Below, piece after piece: positions 41,240-58,086 of a stretch of DNA of 64,000 nt. Source of the stretch: an uncultured Pelagibacteraceae bacterium (GTDB taxonomy: Bacteria > Pseudomonadota > Alphaproteobacteria > Pelagibacterales > Pelagibacteraceae); the NCBI GenBank assembly GCA_902572775.1, contig CACGHF010000001.1, positions 1,271 through 65,270 on the forward strand, in the 5' to 3' direction. The number at the start of each line of letters is the position of its first letter. Positions within the stretch are counted from its first letter, which is position 1. The position numbers and the translations under genes were made by a program. The notes beneath the pieces were generated by a model. The model was not told the DNA's origin. It searched no databases and saw only the letters and a program-made list of their open reading frames with translations.

Positions 41240-43075
41240 TTATTCGTGAAAAAAGTTATATATCTTTTTTGCTACTTTTTCTTCAACACCTTCTACAGAT
41301 TTTATTTCATCTAAGCTAGCAGACTCAACCGATCTTGCAGATCCAAAATGGTTCAATAAAGCTCTTTTTCTTATAGCTCCAATTCCCTCTATTTGATCTA
41401 ACAGAGACTTGCTGATACCTTTTTTTCTCTTTGCTCTGTGAGCGCTTATAGCAAATCTATGTGATTCATCTCTTATTCTTTGAAGAAAAAATAGGGTAGG
41501 GTCATTTCTTGAAAATTTATATTCTTTGCCATTGTGAAAAAAAGTTTCATTTCCACTATTTCTAAATTTACCTTTTGCTATTGCAATAATTGGAATGTCG
41601 TGAAGTCCTAATTCATTAAGACTCTCTCTAGCTACTGAATATTGACCTTTTCCCCCATCTACTAAGACTAAATCTGGAAAAGCAAGGTAATTATCTTTTT
41701 CTTGAACTGCTCTTTTGAACCTTCTATTTAATACCTCTCTCATCATTCCATAATCATCTTGCTCATTTTTTTTATGCTTAATATTAAATTTTCTATATCT
41801 TTTTTTGATAAAGCCTTCATTGCCGTAGGCTATTAAAGCACCAACACTATTTGTGCCTTGAATATGACTATTATCATAAACCTCGATTAAATTTATATTG
41901 GTTTCTAAATTAAATTTTTTAGCTACCGCATCGAACAATTCTTTATTATTCTGACTTTCATAAAGTTTTCTATTTAGACTATCCTTTGCGTTTTTAATTG
42001 CTTGATTAATTACTTTTAGTTTTGATCCTTTTTTCGCTACTGAAATATTTATTTGTTTACCTTCTTTTTGTGTCAGTGTTTTTTCAATTAGTGCTTTTTC
42101 CTTTATTTCTTCTGAAAGGATAACCGATGAAGGAACACTTTTATTTTCATAAAATTGAGAAACAAATGAATTAAGGATTTCACTAAACTTTTCATCTGGA
42201 TCGTGTTTAGGGAAAAAAGCTTGATTGCCCCAATTTTGTTTTGATCTATAAAAAAATACTTGAATACAAGTTTTTCCAGATTCTTTATATCCAGCGATAA
42301 CATCTGCCTCAACTAAGTTTGCTTCATTAATTCTCTGTGAAGATTGAATGATGTTTAATGCTTTAATTCTATCTCTTAAAATTACAGCTTTTTCAAAATC
42401 AAGATCCTCACTTGCCTTTTCCATTTGGTTAGAAAGATTTTTTTGAATTTTCCTAGATTTGCCTGAAACAAATTCAATAGCATCTTCTACTGTTTGATTG
42501 TATTCCTCTTTTTTTACATATCCTACACAAGGTCCAGAACATCTTTTTATTTGATATAAAATACAAGGTCTTTCTCTGTTTTTGAAAACAGTGTCATCAC
42601 AAACTCTTAAATGAAAAATTTTTTGTATCATTTTAATTGTCCAATTAGCTGAACCAGCAGAGGCAAAAGGTCCAAAGTAAAAACCTTCTTTTGTTTTTTT
42701 TCCTCTATGTCTTTTTATTTGAGGCCATTTATCTTTATTACCAATAAATATAAATGGAAATGACTTATCATCACGTAAAAGGATATTAAATTTTGGTTTA
42801 TGTTTTTTAATTAAATTTGCTTCTAGTAATAAAGCTTCACTTTCATTAGATGTTGTTGTTATCTCTAATTTTCTTGTTTGAGACAACATTCGTTCAGTTC
42901 TAATTATATGATTTTTTTCTGTAACATAACTCTTTAATCTATTCGGTAAATTTTTTGCTTTACCAACATAAAGAATTTCATTCTTTTCATTAAGCATTCT
43001 GTATACGCCTGGAAGTTTTGGGACTAGAGGTAGCTCTTTTTTAATTACTTCTTTTCCTATTTCAGAGCTTATCAT
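41240..43075 (-). CDS. uvrC: Excinuclease ABC subunit C (likely start MISSE at 43075)
   Basis: PGVY...[38 protein letters not shown], HhH. Confidence 0.97.
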   Translation of the reverse strand: MISSEIGKEVIKKELPLVPKLPGVYRMLNEKNEILYVGKAKNLPNRLKSYVTEKNHIIRTERMLSQTRKLEITTTSNESEALLLEANLIKKHKPKFNILLRDDKSFPFIFIGNKDKWPQIKRHRGKKTKEGFYFGPFASAGSANWTIKMIQKIFHLRVCDDTVFKNRERPCILYQIKRCSGPCVGYVKKEEYNQTVEDAIEFVSGKSRKIQKNLSNQMEKASEDLDFEKAVILRDRIKALNIIQSSQRINEANLVEADVIAGYKESGKTCIQVFFYRSKQNWGNQAFFPKHDPDEKFSEILNSFVSQFYENKSVPSSVILSEEIKEKALIEKTLTQKEGKQINISVAKKGSKLKVINQAIKNAKDSLNRKLYESQNNKELFDAVAKKFNLETNINLIEVYDNSHIQGTNSVGALIAYGNEGFIKKRYRKFNIKHKKNEQDDYGMMREVLNRRFKRAVQEKDNYLAFPDLVLVDGGKGQYSVARESLNELGLHDIPIIAIAKGKFRNSGNETFFHNGKEYKFSRNDPTLFFLQRIRDESHRFAISAHRAKRKKGISKSLLDQIEGIGAIRKRALLNHFGSARSVESASLDEIKSVEGVEEKVAKKIYNFFHE

Positions 43076-43487
43076 GGCTTCTCTTTTTGGTAATTTGAAT
43101 ACCAACAGATGAACACTGTTTTAAAATTTCTAATTTTTCAATTTTCAACATTATTTTAGCAATCCTTTTGTCTTTAAATAATTCGTCAAAAACAGCTTCC
43201 GCTAAAGTTTCTAGGAAGTTATAATGTTTCTTTTTTACAAGTTTCGTAATTAATTTTACTATAGTTCCATAATTAACAATGGATTTGATATCTTTATCGC
43301 TTGAAGGTTTTTTGTCTTCATAGTCTATTTCAAGACTAAATTTAACTTTTTGTGGTTTTTCTTTTTCAAAATCGTAATAACCAAGTTTTAAATCCAAGAT
43401 TAATTCGTTAATTAGGATTTTTTTCTCATAATTAAATAAGCTTTTATTTTTATCTATTTTGACAATTTTTAAATTGTTCTTTTTCAT
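43062..43487 (-). CDS. folB: Dihydroneopterin aldolase
   Basis: [26 protein letters not shown]. Confidence 0.88.
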   Translation of the reverse strand: MKKNNLKIVKIDKNKSLFNYEKKILINELILDLKLGYYDFEKEKPQKVKFSLEIDYEDKKPSSDKDIKSIVNYGTIVKLITKLVKKKHYNFLETLAEAVFDELFKDKRIAKIMLKIEKLEILKQCSSVGIQITKKRSHDKL

Positions 43488-44217
43488 TCTTTACCCATTA
43501 CATCTGGTGTTTGCCAGTTAAGATTTTGACCACTATCAATAGCCAAAACTTGACCAGTAATAGATATATTTTTAATAAAAAAGTCAACAGCATTACATAT
43601 TTGTTGCACATCAACTTGTCTTTTAAGAGGTGTTGCTAAATATTGCTTTTTGAAATGTTTTTCAGACTGTCTTTGATTTTTTATAGTGGGTCCAGGTGCA
43701 ATTGCGTTTACTCTTATATTTGGAGCTAAACTCATAGCGCTAGTTTTTGTTAAAGTATACAAACCAGTTTTGCTAAGAGTGTATGAAAAAAAGTAAGGAG
43801 TTAATTTGAACACTCTTTGATCAATAATATTTATAATATTATTATTTTTGCCTTTAACATTTTTAGCAAATTCTTTCGTCAATAGTGCAGGCGCTCTTAA
43901 ATTGGTTCTTAAATGCTTACTCCAACTATCCAATGAAAAATTTTCTAATTTATCATTTTCAAATAAGGAGGCATTGTTAACAAGACAATCAAAATTTTTT
44001 AGTTTCGATTTTGCAAATTTAATTATTTTTTTTATATCAGCTTCTTTGCTTAAATCACCTTTAACTAAGTATACTTTTGTGCCTTTGCTAGATAACTCTT
44101 TTTTTAATTTTTCTGCTTTTAATTTTGATTTATTATAATGGATTAAGATTTCAATATTTGGACCAGATAACTTTCTTGCAATTGCAGCACCCATTCGAGT
44201 AGCTCCACCAGTAATAA

Positions 44218-44236
<19 letters not shown>
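43484..44236 (-). CDS. Short-chain dehydrogenase, pteridine reductase/FolM-like
   Basis: [22 protein letters not shown]; adjacent to folB. Confidence 0.85.
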
Positions 44237-48643
<4,407 letters not shown>

Positions 48644-48683
48644 TACGTTTACCTTTCTATCAGTTATTATTTTTAATCTCGAA

Positions 48684-49628
48684 TTAGTGAGATAGGAATT
48701 TTTCGGCTTCTAATGCTGCCATACAACCCATTCCTGCAGCTGTAACGGCTTGTCTAAATGTCTTGTCTTTTACATCTCCCGCAGCATAAACTCCAGGAAT
48801 ATTTGTTTCAGTAGAATCTGGTTTAGTAATTAAATACCCCTCGTTATCCATCTTGAGTTGATCTTTAAATAGTGAAGTTGCTGGATCATGTCCTATAGCG
48901 ATAAATAATCCATCTAGTTTTAATTCTCCAGTTTTATCTGTTTTTAAATTTTTAATTTTAATTCCTTTAACATTTTTAGGCTCTTGATCTCCTAATACGT
49001 CTTCAACAACAGTGTCCCAAATAATTTCTATTTTTTTATTTTCCATTAATTTTTTTTGAAGCATTTTTTCAGCTCTCAAACTATCTCTTCTATGAATTAA
49101 TTTAACTTTGGATGCAAACTTTGTAAGAAACATTGCTTCTTCAACAGCTGCATTGCCTCCTCCAACAACTGCTACTTCTTTATCTTTAAAGAAAAAACCA
49201 TCACACGTAGCGCACGCAGAAACACCAAATCCTCTAAATTCTTGTTCAGATTTCAGATTTAACCATCTGGCCTGAGCCCCTGTAGAAATAATTATGCTAT
49301 CAGCAGTATATTTTTGCCCACTATCGCCAATAGCTTCAAACGGAGTAGATTTTAAATTTACCGAACCAATATGATCTTCAATCATTTCAGTTCCAACTGC
49401 TTTTGCTTGTTCTTTCATTTGATCCATCAACCACGGACCTTGAATAACTTCAGCAAATCCTGGAAAATTTTCAACATCAGTAGTTGTTGTTAATTGACCA
49501 CCAGGTTCAGAACCATAAACTAAAATTGGATTTAACATTGCTCGAGCCGCATAAACTGCTGCTGTGTATCCGGCTGGACCAGATCCAATTATTAACACTT
49601 TTGTGTGTTTAGTTGGATTTTGACTCAT
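48684..49628 (-). CDS. trxB: Thioredoxin reductase
   Basis: IGSGPAG, CATCDG, GGGNAA, AAGDV. Confidence 0.98.
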   Translation of the reverse strand: MSQNPTKHTKVLIIGSGPAGYTAAVYAARAMLNPILVYGSEPGGQLTTTTDVENFPGFAEVIQGPWLMDQMKEQAKAVGTEMIEDHIGSVNLKSTPFEAIGDSGQKYTADSIIISTGAQARWLNLKSEQEFRGFGVSACATCDGFFFKDKEVAVVGGGNAAVEEAMFLTKFASKVKLIHRRDSLRAEKMLQKKLMENKKIEIIWDTVVEDVLGDQEPKNVKGIKIKNLKTDKTGELKLDGLFIAIGHDPATSLFKDQLKMDNEGYLITKPDSTETNIPGVYAAGDVKDKTFRQAVTAAGMGCMAALEAEKFLSH

Positions 49629-49649
49629 ATGAAAGCTATATAGTGATTA
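49629..49649. promoter_or_regulatory. Candidate bidirectional leaderless promoter (palindromic CTATATAG)
   Basis: 21-bp gap between divergent ATGs with CTATATAG in the middle; TATATA is 7-8 nt from each start. Confidence 0.55.
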
Positions 49650-50594
49650 ATGTCTAAATTAAAAGGTTTATTATTAACTCAAGGAATGCATGGCATGATA
49701 AGCCAGGTAGAAGGTTTAGCAAAAGCCTTAGATATTGATTTTACACACCACAAGGTTGAACTAAATAATTTTTGGAAAATTTTTACACCAAAATTAACAC
49801 CAGTATCACAAAACGTTTATAAAAAAATAAACGAGTCTGATTTCGATATAATTATTTCATGTGGGAGAAAAAGTGTGATTCCCTCAATCCATTTAAAAAG
49901 TATTTCAAAAAAAAAAGTTTTAAATATTCATATTCAAGATCCAAAGGTGGATTTTAATCATTTTGATTTTATTGTTGCTCCCGAACATGATGGAATAAGT
50001 GGTACAAATGTAATTAAAACAAAAGGCGCAATTCACTATTTAACGGAAAATGAAATTGAAGAAAATAGAAGTTATTTAAATCCATATATCAAACAGGATA
50101 ATAGAAAAGTTTGGTGTTTGATAATGGGTGGTCCTACAAAATATTATGACTACTCAACAAAAAATATGAAGCATATCTTTTCAATTTTTTACAAATTATT
50201 GAAAAAACATAATTTTCAACTTGTGGTCATACCTTCAATGAGAACACCTTTAAATACTATACATTATGCAAAAGAGTTTTTTGGAGAAAATCACACTGTG
50301 ATTATGAATGTTGATAAAAAAGCTTATCTTTCAGCTTTAGCAATTTCGGAAAATATTGTTGTTACATGTGACTCTAGTTCGATGATATCTGAAGCCGCTT
50401 TGACTGGAAAACCAATTTATGTTGCTAATATTTTACCAAAAAGAAAAGACGTCAGATTTCAAAATTTTAGAAAATTATTCAGAGAATTAAATATTACTAG
50501 AAACTTAGGTGAAGAAATTGAAAATTGGAACTATCAAAAATTAGATGAAACGAATAGAGTAGCAAAAATTATTAAAGAAAAAATTAAATCATAA
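49650..50594 (+). CDS. ELM1/GtrOC1-like (mitochondrial fission ELM1 family) putative glycosyltransferase-fold protein
   Basis: GM.SQ..GLA, IHIQDP, DFIVAPEHD, VVTCDSSSMISEA..TGKP. Confidence 0.85.
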   Translation: MSKLKGLLLTQGMHGMISQVEGLAKALDIDFTHHKVELNNFWKIFTPKLTPVSQNVYKKINESDFDIIISCGRKSVIPSIHLKSISKKKVLNIHIQDPKVDFNHFDFIVAPEHDGISGTNVIKTKGAIHYLTENEIEENRSYLNPYIKQDNRKVWCLIMGGPTKYYDYSTKNMKHIFSIFYKLLKKHNFQLVVIPSMRTPLNTIHYAKEFFGENHTVIMNVDKKAYLSALAISENIVVTCDSSSMISEAALTGKPIYVANILPKRKDVRFQNFRKLFRELNITRNLGEEIENWNYQKLDETNRVAKIIKEKIKS

Positions 50595-51259
50595 TGTCAT
50601 TTTTAAATTCAATTAAAAATAATTCAAAACAACATCATTTCCCCTTTGATCATTGGGAGTATAGTGATGCTTTGTCAGAAGGAGCAATTGACGAAATAGT
50701 TAAAGCTGAAATTCCTGATGTCAGTAAACATAATCTTAATTATGATGGAACAAGAGCAATAGATGGTGGAGCTGCAGAATTTAGAAAAGGTATAGCTTCA
50801 GGCGGACAAGCGATAAAGTTTAGATGTTTTATTAATAAAGAAAACTCATCTCAATTTCCAAATTTAGTAAAATTTATAAATGAACTTCAGTCTAAAGAAA
50901 TATATGAAACAATTTCTAAAATGATAAATAAAGATTTATCTAATTCATATGTTAGGGTCGAGGTTATATGTGACCGAGAGGGTTTTTGGTTAAAACCTCA
51001 TTGCGATATAAAAGAAAAACTTATGTCAGGCTTAATATTTGTTAATAAAACAAATGAATCTGAAGATTTAGGAACTGATTTTTACAATGAAAAATTAGAG
51101 AAGGTTAAGACACTTCCTTACAAACATAATTATGGCTATCTTTTTACCAGTGGTCCAAACACATGGCATGGTATGGAGAAGAAAAAGATTGTTAAAGAAA
51201 GAAGATGTATTCAAGTAAATTATGTTACCTTTGAAACTGATTGGAAAGTAAATTCTTAA
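50594..51259 (+). CDS. 2-oxoglutarate/Fe(II)-dependent oxygenase
   Basis: LKPHCD (HxD), GTDFY, TWHG, R..IQVNY. Confidence 0.82.
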   Translation: MSFLNSIKNNSKQHHFPFDHWEYSDALSEGAIDEIVKAEIPDVSKHNLNYDGTRAIDGGAAEFRKGIASGGQAIKFRCFINKENSSQFPNLVKFINELQSKEIYETISKMINKDLSNSYVRVEVICDREGFWLKPHCDIKEKLMSGLIFVNKTNESEDLGTDFYNEKLEKVKTLPYKHNYGYLFTSGPNTWHGMEKKKIVKERRCIQVNYVTFETDWKVNS

Positions 51260-54200
51260 ACGTCCTGAAGAGAGGTCACCTCTAATTTTTTTGTTTTTAG
51301 CGATCTAATTGCTTCTAAACATGCTTGAGCAGTAGACATATTGGTACAATAAGGAACTTTATTTTTTAGTGTTGCTCTTCTTAAAGCTATTGCATCGCTT
51401 AATCGATGCTCACTATTTCCGCCCCCAGTATTTATTACTAATGCAATTTTTTTAGAGTCTAAAACATCTACTATGTGAGGTGATCCAGTGCTTACTTTAT
51501 TTATAATTTTACATTTCATCCCATGCTTTCGAATATATTCTGCAGTTCCTCTAGTTGCACATAATGTAAACTTTAGTTTAAGAAGTTCTTTAGCTAAATC
51601 TATTCCTTCATCCTTGTGACTATCTTTGAGAGAAATAAAAGCTAATCCTTGTTTTGGTAATGAGTTAGCTGCTGCGATTTGACTTTTGGCAAAAGCCATT
51701 CCAAAATTTTTATCAAATCCCATAACTTCTCCAGTGGACTTCATTTCAGGTCCCAACAATAAGTCACTGTTTGGAAATTTATTAAATGGAAATACAGCTT
51801 CTTTAACTGCATGCATACCTTTAGATTTATCTTTTAAATTAAACTTAGATAACTTTTCACCAGCCATCACTCTTGATGCAATTTTAGCTAGAGGCAATCC
51901 TTTTGCTTTTGACACAAAAGGTACTGTTCTACTTGCTCTAGGATTTACTTCAATCACATAAATTTCATCTTTTTTAATTGCAAACTGTATGTTCATGAAA
52001 CCTTTTACATTTAAAGCTATAGCAAGTTTTTTAGTTTGATTTTCTATTTCTTTAAGAAGATAAGGTTTAATTGATACAGGGGGTAGGCTACAAGCCGAGT
52101 CTCCTGAATGGATTCCAGCCTCTTCAATATGTTGCATAATTCCTGCAACGTGAACCTGTTTTCCGTCTGATATGGCATCTACATCTACTTCCATTGCATG
52201 ATCGATAAATTTATCAATCAAAATTGGATTTTCCTCTGCGGCTTTAAATGCCTCTTCAACAAATTTTTTAAGCTGATTTTTTTCATGAACAATTTCCATT
52301 GCTCTTCCACCTAAAACATAGGAAGGTCTTACCATTAATGGCAATCCTATTTTATCTGCAATTTTTATTGCCTGATTAAATGTCTTTGCAATTCCACTCT
52401 CCGCCTGCTTAAGTTTTAATTTATTTAATAAACTTCTAAATCGGTCTCTATCCTCTGCTAAATCAATAGAAGTATATTGAGTCCCTAAAATTGGAAGCTT
52501 GTTTTCATGTAAAAATTTAGCAAGTTTAATTGGAGTTTGGCCACCAAACTGAGCTATTACGCCTATTAGATTTCCTTTTTCTTGCTCTTTTTTAATTAAA
52601 TTAAAAACGTATTCTTCTTTTAAAGGTTCAAAATATAATCGATCACTCGTATCATAGTCTGTTGATACTGTTTCAGGGTTACAATTAACCATTATAGTCT
52701 CAAAACCTGCGTCTTTTAATGAAAAACTTGCCTGGCAACAGCAATAATCAAACTCAATTCCTTGACCAATTCTATTTGGTCCTCCTCCAAGAATAATTAT
52801 TTTTTTTTTATTGGATGGATCAGCTTCACATTCTGAGTTAATTGAAAAATTTCTCTGGTAAGTTGAGTACATATAAGGAGTGAAAGATTTGAATTCAGCT
52901 GCACAAGTATCTACTTTTTTATAAACTGGAAGTATTTTAAGTGCTGATCTTTTTCTTCTAACAATTTCTTCAGAAGTTTTGGTTAATTCTGAAAGTTTTT
53001 TATCTGAAAATCCTATCGATTTTATTCTATTAAATTCTGAAAAATCCCTAGGAAGTCCTTTAATTTTTATTTGTGTTTCACAATCAACTATTTCTTTAAT
53101 TTGTTCTAAAAACCAAGGATCAATTTTAGATAAATTATATATTCTCTTTAAGTCCATTTTTTTTCTAATTGCTTCAGCGACTAGCAATATCTTATTTGGA
53201 ATAGTTTCTTTAAGTTTCTTTTCAATTTGATTTTTATTTAAATCAAAAATTCTGTCTAAACCTGAAAAACCAGTTTCAAGAGATACCAAAGCCTTTTGTA
53301 AAGATTCTTTAAAGTTTCTTCCAATAGCCATTGCCTCACCTACTGATTTCATTGATGTCCCTAAAGTTGCAGGAGAAGTAGAAAATTTTTCAAATGTAAA
53401 TCTTGGAATTTTAGTCACTACATAATCTATACTTGGTTCAAATGATGCAGGAGTAACTTTAGTTATTTCATTTTTTAATTCATCCAGAGTATAACCAACT
53501 GCTAATTTTGCAGCTACTTTCGCAATTGGAAATCCAGTTGCTTTTGATGCAAGTGCTGATGATCTTGATACACGTGGATTCATTTCAATGACAACCATTC
53601 GACCATTTTTAGGATTGATAGCAAACTGAACATTTGATCCTCCGGTTTCAACTCCAATTTTTCTCAAACATGCAATAGATGCATTTCTCATTACTTGGTA
53701 TTCTTTATCTGTAAGTGTAAGAGCTGGTGCAATTGTTACCGAGTCACCCGTATGAATTCCCATTGGATCTATATTTTCAATCGAGCAAATAATTATGCAG
53801 TTATCTTTCTTATCTCTTACAACCTCCATCTCAAATTCTTTCCAGCCCTCTAAACATTCCTCTACAAGAACTTGGCTTACTGGAGATTCATGCAATCCAT
53901 TTTTAACAATCTTGAAATAATCTTTTCTTGTTTTGGCTATTCCCCCACCAAGCCCACCAAGTGTAAAAGCAGGTCTTATAATTGCAGGTAAACCAATTTT
54001 TTTTAATACTTTTGCTGCTTGATTATTATTATTTACGATTTCTGATTTTGGTAAATCTAAACCAATATCTATCATGTTTTTTCTAAATTTCTTTCTATCC
54101 TCTGCATTAGAAATTGCCTTAGAATTTGCTCCTATTAATTCAATTTTGTATTTTTTTAGAATTCCTTTTTTTTCTGCTTCCATTGCAAGGTTAAGTGCAG

Positions 54201-54480
54201 TTTGACCACCCATTGTCGGTAGAATTGCATCAAGTTTTTCTTTTTTTAGAATTTTTTCTAATACATCTAGTGTAATTGGTTCAATATAAGTTTTATCCGC
54301 AACATCTGGATCAGTCATAATTGTTGCAGGATTTGAATTTATTAAGACTACTTTATAACCCTCATCTTTAAGAGCTTTACATGCTTGTGTCCCTGAATAA
54401 TCAAATTCACATGCTTGTCCTATAATTATTGGACCAGCTCCTACAACTAATATTTTTTTAATATCTTTTCTTTTTGGCAT
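51256..54480 (-). CDS. carB: Carbamoyl-phosphate synthase large subunit
   Basis: [37 protein letters not shown] domain. Confidence 0.99.
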   Translation of the reverse strand: MPKRKDIKKILVVGAGPIIIGQACEFDYSGTQACKALKDEGYKVVLINSNPATIMTDPDVADKTYIEPITLDVLEKILKKEKLDAILPTMGGQTALNLAMEAEKKGILKKYKIELIGANSKAISNAEDRKKFRKNMIDIGLDLPKSEIVNNNNQAAKVLKKIGLPAIIRPAFTLGGLGGGIAKTRKDYFKIVKNGLHESPVSQVLVEECLEGWKEFEMEVVRDKKDNCIIICSIENIDPMGIHTGDSVTIAPALTLTDKEYQVMRNASIACLRKIGVETGGSNVQFAINPKNGRMVVIEMNPRVSRSSALASKATGFPIAKVAAKLAVGYTLDELKNEITKVTPASFEPSIDYVVTKIPRFTFEKFSTSPATLGTSMKSVGEAMAIGRNFKESLQKALVSLETGFSGLDRIFDLNKNQIEKKLKETIPNKILLVAEAIRKKMDLKRIYNLSKIDPWFLEQIKEIVDCETQIKIKGLPRDFSEFNRIKSIGFSDKKLSELTKTSEEIVRRKRSALKILPVYKKVDTCAAEFKSFTPYMYSTYQRNFSINSECEADPSNKKKIIILGGGPNRIGQGIEFDYCCCQASFSLKDAGFETIMVNCNPETVSTDYDTSDRLYFEPLKEEYVFNLIKKEQEKGNLIGVIAQFGGQTPIKLAKFLHENKLPILGTQYTSIDLAEDRDRFRSLLNKLKLKQAESGIAKTFNQAIKIADKIGLPLMVRPSYVLGGRAMEIVHEKNQLKKFVEEAFKAAEENPILIDKFIDHAMEVDVDAISDGKQVHVAGIMQHIEEAGIHSGDSACSLPPVSIKPYLLKEIENQTKKLAIALNVKGFMNIQFAIKKDEIYVIEVNPRASRTVPFVSKAKGLPLAKIASRVMAGEKLSKFNLKDKSKGMHAVKEAVFPFNKFPNSDLLLGPEMKSTGEVMGFDKNFGMAFAKSQIAAANSLPKQGLAFISLKDSHKDEGIDLAKELLKLKFTLCATRGTAEYIRKHGMKCKIINKVSTGSPHIVDVLDSKKIALVINTGGGNSEHRLSDAIALRRATLKNKVPYCTNMSTAQACLEAIRSLKTKKLEVTSLQDV

Positions 54481-55654
54481 TTTTTTTCATGTTGTTAATA
54501 AATTCTTGAAACAAATAAACACTATCTTGGGGTCCAGGATTAGACTCTGGATGATATTGAACTGAAAATATTGGTTTATTTTTAAGCTTTATTCCTTCAA
54601 TAGTATTATCAAAAAGAGATTTATGAGTTACTTCAATTTTTTTTGGTAAAGTTTCTTCAACTACTACAAAACCATGATTTTGACTGGTAATCTCAACTTT
54701 GTCATGAACTAAATTTTTAACAGGATGGTTCGCACCTCTATGTCCTAACTTCATTTTTTTTGTTTTGCCGCCTAAAGCTAATGCCAAAATCTGATGACCT
54801 AAACAAATACCAAATATAGGTAAATTATTTTTAATTAGATCATTAATAATTTCTAAAGCATATTTCCCTGTTGCAGCTGGATCACCAGGACCATTTGATA
54901 AAAATATTCCATTTGGTTTCAAACTTAATATTTTTTGAGCACTAGTTTTACAGGAGACAACTGTAACTTTACAGTTGAAGTCAGAGAAATATCTCAAGAT
55001 GTTTTTTTTAATCCCATAATCAATTGCAACAACATGAAATGAGTTCTTGTTATTTTTTTTATATCCAATTTCTTTTTTCCATGTTTTAAGACCTTTCCAA
55101 ATATAATTTTTCTGGGTTGAAACTACTTCTGCAAGATCAAGATTTTTTAATCCACTCCATTTTATTGTAGAGTTGGTCAATTTATTAATATTAAATTTTC
55201 CTTTTTTTGAATAACTAATAGTACCTTTGGGGGCGCCTTTGTCTCTTATAAAACTTGTTAGGCTTCTGGTGTCTAAGCCAGTAATTCCAACAATTTTATT
55301 TTTTTTTAGCCAAGAGTCTAAATGTAAAAAAGATCTATAGTTTGAGGGCGAGGTTATTTCTGAGTTAATTATTACTCCTTTTGCCCATATTTTATCAGAC
55401 TCATGATCCTCTTTATTGGTCCCAACATTTCCTATATGAGGAAAGGTAAAGTTGATAATTTGACCCGCATATGAAGGATCAGAAATGATTTCTTGATAGC
55501 CTGTTAAGGATGTATTAAAGCAAACTTCACCTGTGGCTTCTCCTTGATATCCAATCCCAATTCCTTTAAATACTTTTTTATTTTCAAGAACTAAAACGCC
55601 TGTATTGATTTGTGATTTTGTTATTGAGTTAGTTTTTTTTGCTTTTTTCTTCAA
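54458..55654 (-). CDS. carA: Carbamoyl-phosphate synthase small subunit
   Basis: GEVCFNT..TGYQE, SNGPGDP, GICLGHQ, QYHPE. Confidence 0.98.
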   Translation of the reverse strand: MKKKAKKTNSITKSQINTGVLVLENKKVFKGIGIGYQGEATGEVCFNTSLTGYQEIISDPSYAGQIINFTFPHIGNVGTNKEDHESDKIWAKGVIINSEITSPSNYRSFLHLDSWLKKNKIVGITGLDTRSLTSFIRDKGAPKGTISYSKKGKFNINKLTNSTIKWSGLKNLDLAEVVSTQKNYIWKGLKTWKKEIGYKKNNKNSFHVVAIDYGIKKNILRYFSDFNCKVTVVSCKTSAQKILSLKPNGIFLSNGPGDPAATGKYALEIINDLIKNNLPIFGICLGHQILALALGGKTKKMKLGHRGANHPVKNLVHDKVEITSQNHGFVVVEETLPKKIEVTHKSLFDNTIEGIKLKNKPIFSVQYHPESNPGPQDSVYLFQEFINNMKKNAKKKRY

Positions 55655-55782
55655 TTACAACTCATAAGTTAAAGGTTAATACAATAATTGCCTTATTATC
55701 GCAAGAGAGATGTAATATAAAATTGTAAAAAAACAATTTTTCTTTTGAAGAATTATTTCTTTAAAGTAGATTAAAAAAAATT

Positions 55783-56244
55783 ATGTCATTAAAACAGACT
55801 ATCGAAAACGAATATAAAAATGCTCTAAAATCTAAAGATAAAAATAAAATATCAACCTATAGGTTAATATTATCTTCTATAAAGGATTTGGACATTGTTA
55901 ACAGATCAGGCCCCAATAAAAAGGAGACTGATGATGAGGATATTAAGAAACTTTTGAAAAAAATGGTTAAGCAGCGGGCCGAATCAATTGATATTTACAA
56001 AAAAAATAACAGAACAGATCTTTTAGAGGTTGAACAAAATGAATATGACATTTTAACAAGTTTCTTGCCAAAGCAGCTTAGTGAAGACGAGACTAAGAAA
56101 ATTTGTGCAGATGTTATTTCGAAAATTGGAGCAAACTCATTAAAAGATATGGGAAAAGTTATGGGCGAACTTAAAAAAACTCATGCAGATGAAATTGATT
56201 TTTCTAAAGCAGGATCAATGATCAAAGAATTGTTGAACAAATAA
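55783..56244 (+). CDS. GatB/YqeY domain protein
   Basis: KMVKQR.ESI..Y, FLPKQLS, KDMGKVM. Confidence 0.93.
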   Translation: MSLKQTIENEYKNALKSKDKNKISTYRLILSSIKDLDIVNRSGPNKKETDDEDIKKLLKKMVKQRAESIDIYKKNNRTDLLEVEQNEYDILTSFLPKQLSEDETKKICADVISKIGANSLKDMGKVMGELKKTHADEIDFSKAGSMIKELLNK

Positions 56245-58019
56245 TGAAATACCCAAAAGAGTATCTTGATGAAATTAAAAATAGGTTGAAAGTTTCAACG
56301 GTAGTATCAAAGAGTGTTCCATTAAAAAAAAGAGGTAAAGAATTTGTAGGTTTATCACCTTTCAAAAATGAAAAAACACCCTCATTTACTGTAAATGATG
56401 AAAAAGAATTTTATCATTGTTTTGCAACTTCAGAGCACGGTAATATTTTTGATTTTGTGATGAAAACTCAAAATTTAAAGTTTGGAGAGGCAGTCAAATA
56501 CTTATCTCAATTAGCAGGAATGCAACCTTATATGTTTTCAAAACAAGATGAAGAAAGAGAAAAAAAGTGGAATGAGTATAAAACCATTTTTAGTCAATAT
56601 GTTGACTTTTATCATAATGAACTTTTAAAAAATGAAAATTATTCGATTGCTAGAGATTATTTAAAAAATAGATCATTAGGTAAAGATGAAGTAAAAAAAT
56701 TTAAAATAGGATACATAGAAAAAAATCCAAATTTTTTCGAAAAATTAAAAAAAGATTATAGTGAACAAACTTTAGTCGAGACTGGTTTATTCTATTTAGA
56801 TGAGAAAAAAAAAATTTATGTAGAAAGATTTAGAGGTCGATTAATTTTTCCAATCAATAATATTTCGGGTCAACCAATAGCTTTAGGTGGAAGAATAATT
56901 GAAAATTTAGATTACTTAGCTAAATATATAAATTCACCTGAAACAAAGTTTTTTAAAAAAGGGTCAAATTTATATAATCTGGATTTAGCAAGAAAGCTTT
57001 CTAATAAGATCGATAATATTTATCTGGTTGAAGGATACATGGATGTAGTAGGCTTGAGTAAAAATGGCATTGACAATGTAGTAGCAAATCTTGGCACATC
57101 TTTAACCGATAAGCAAATTTTAACTTTAAACCAATTTTTTGATGATATTATAATTTGTTTTGATGGGGATGAAAGTGGATATAAAGCTGCTGTTAGAGCC
57201 GCTGAAAATTCAATAAGGGAATTGAAACCTGAAAAACAAATTTCATTTTTATTTCTGCCAGATAAAGAAGATCCAGATAGCTATGTAAATAAAAATGGCA
57301 AAGCTAATTTTATGGATTTTACAAAGCAGAGCAAATTATCAATTCATCAATTTATTTTTAGTCATTATAAAAAACAAACTAAAAGTAATCCATCATCTAT
57401 GGCTATTTTTGAAAAAAAACTAAGAGAAATTGCAAATACAATTAAAGATGATTTTATTAAAAAATATGTTTTAGAATACTTTTTAGAAAAAATTGCTGAA
57501 CTTACACCACATTTCAATCAAAATAATAAAAGATTTTATATAAAAAAAACAAAATCTTTAGAGAGTACGAAAAAATATTTTCAAGAAAGTCAGTCATTGA
57601 CTGGAGTTGAATTAAAAGAGTTTTCTTTATTATACTTGATAATAAATAAATTAGATTTGTTGCAAGCAAACATTCATTTGATTGAAAATATTAAATTATT
57701 CACTGAGATTAATAAAAAAATATTTGAAATGATTATTGAAAAATTGAAATCTGGTTCTCAAATCACAATTCAAGATCTTGACTTAGATGTTCAATTAACA
57801 GAAAAAATAAATAAATTTGCTCCAATCAAACATATTTTAAAAAAACAACCTGATGACGATCAAAAAATAATTGAATTATTAGAGGATATTTCTAGAGATT
57901 TAATGAATTATGATCTTGAGTTCAGGATCCAAGAATTAGAATCGAAGTTTTCATTAGATATGAGCGAGTCCACATTTAATGAGTTAAAAGAGCTCAAAAA
58001 AAAGCAGAATCTCAATTAA
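56244..58019 (+). CDS. dnaG: DNA primase
   Basis: GLSPFKNEKTPSF, KYINSPET, VEGYMDV, FDGD Toprim. Confidence 0.97.
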   Translation: MKYPKEYLDEIKNRLKVSTVVSKSVPLKKRGKEFVGLSPFKNEKTPSFTVNDEKEFYHCFATSEHGNIFDFVMKTQNLKFGEAVKYLSQLAGMQPYMFSKQDEEREKKWNEYKTIFSQYVDFYHNELLKNENYSIARDYLKNRSLGKDEVKKFKIGYIEKNPNFFEKLKKDYSEQTLVETGLFYLDEKKKIYVERFRGRLIFPINNISGQPIALGGRIIENLDYLAKYINSPETKFFKKGSNLYNLDLARKLSNKIDNIYLVEGYMDVVGLSKNGIDNVVANLGTSLTDKQILTLNQFFDDIIICFDGDESGYKAAVRAAENSIRELKPEKQISFLFLPDKEDPDSYVNKNGKANFMDFTKQSKLSIHQFIFSHYKKQTKSNPSSMAIFEKKLREIANTIKDDFIKKYVLEYFLEKIAELTPHFNQNNKRFYIKKTKSLESTKKYFQESQSLTGVELKEFSLLYLIINKLDLLQANIHLIENIKLFTEINKKIFEMIIEKLKSGSQITIQDLDLDVQLTEKINKFAPIKHILKKQPDDDQKIIELLEDISRDLMNYDLEFRIQELESKFSLDMSESTFNELKELKKKQNLN

Positions 58020-58086
58020 ACTGACTAAATTAGTAATAGATTTTTATATAATTGACATTATATAAGATCTCTAAACCCAAAATATC

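Noticed and set aside
58052-58057. Perfect TTGACA upstream of rpoD
   Set aside because: No acceptable -10 hexamer at 16-18 nt spacing, so no promoter was called.
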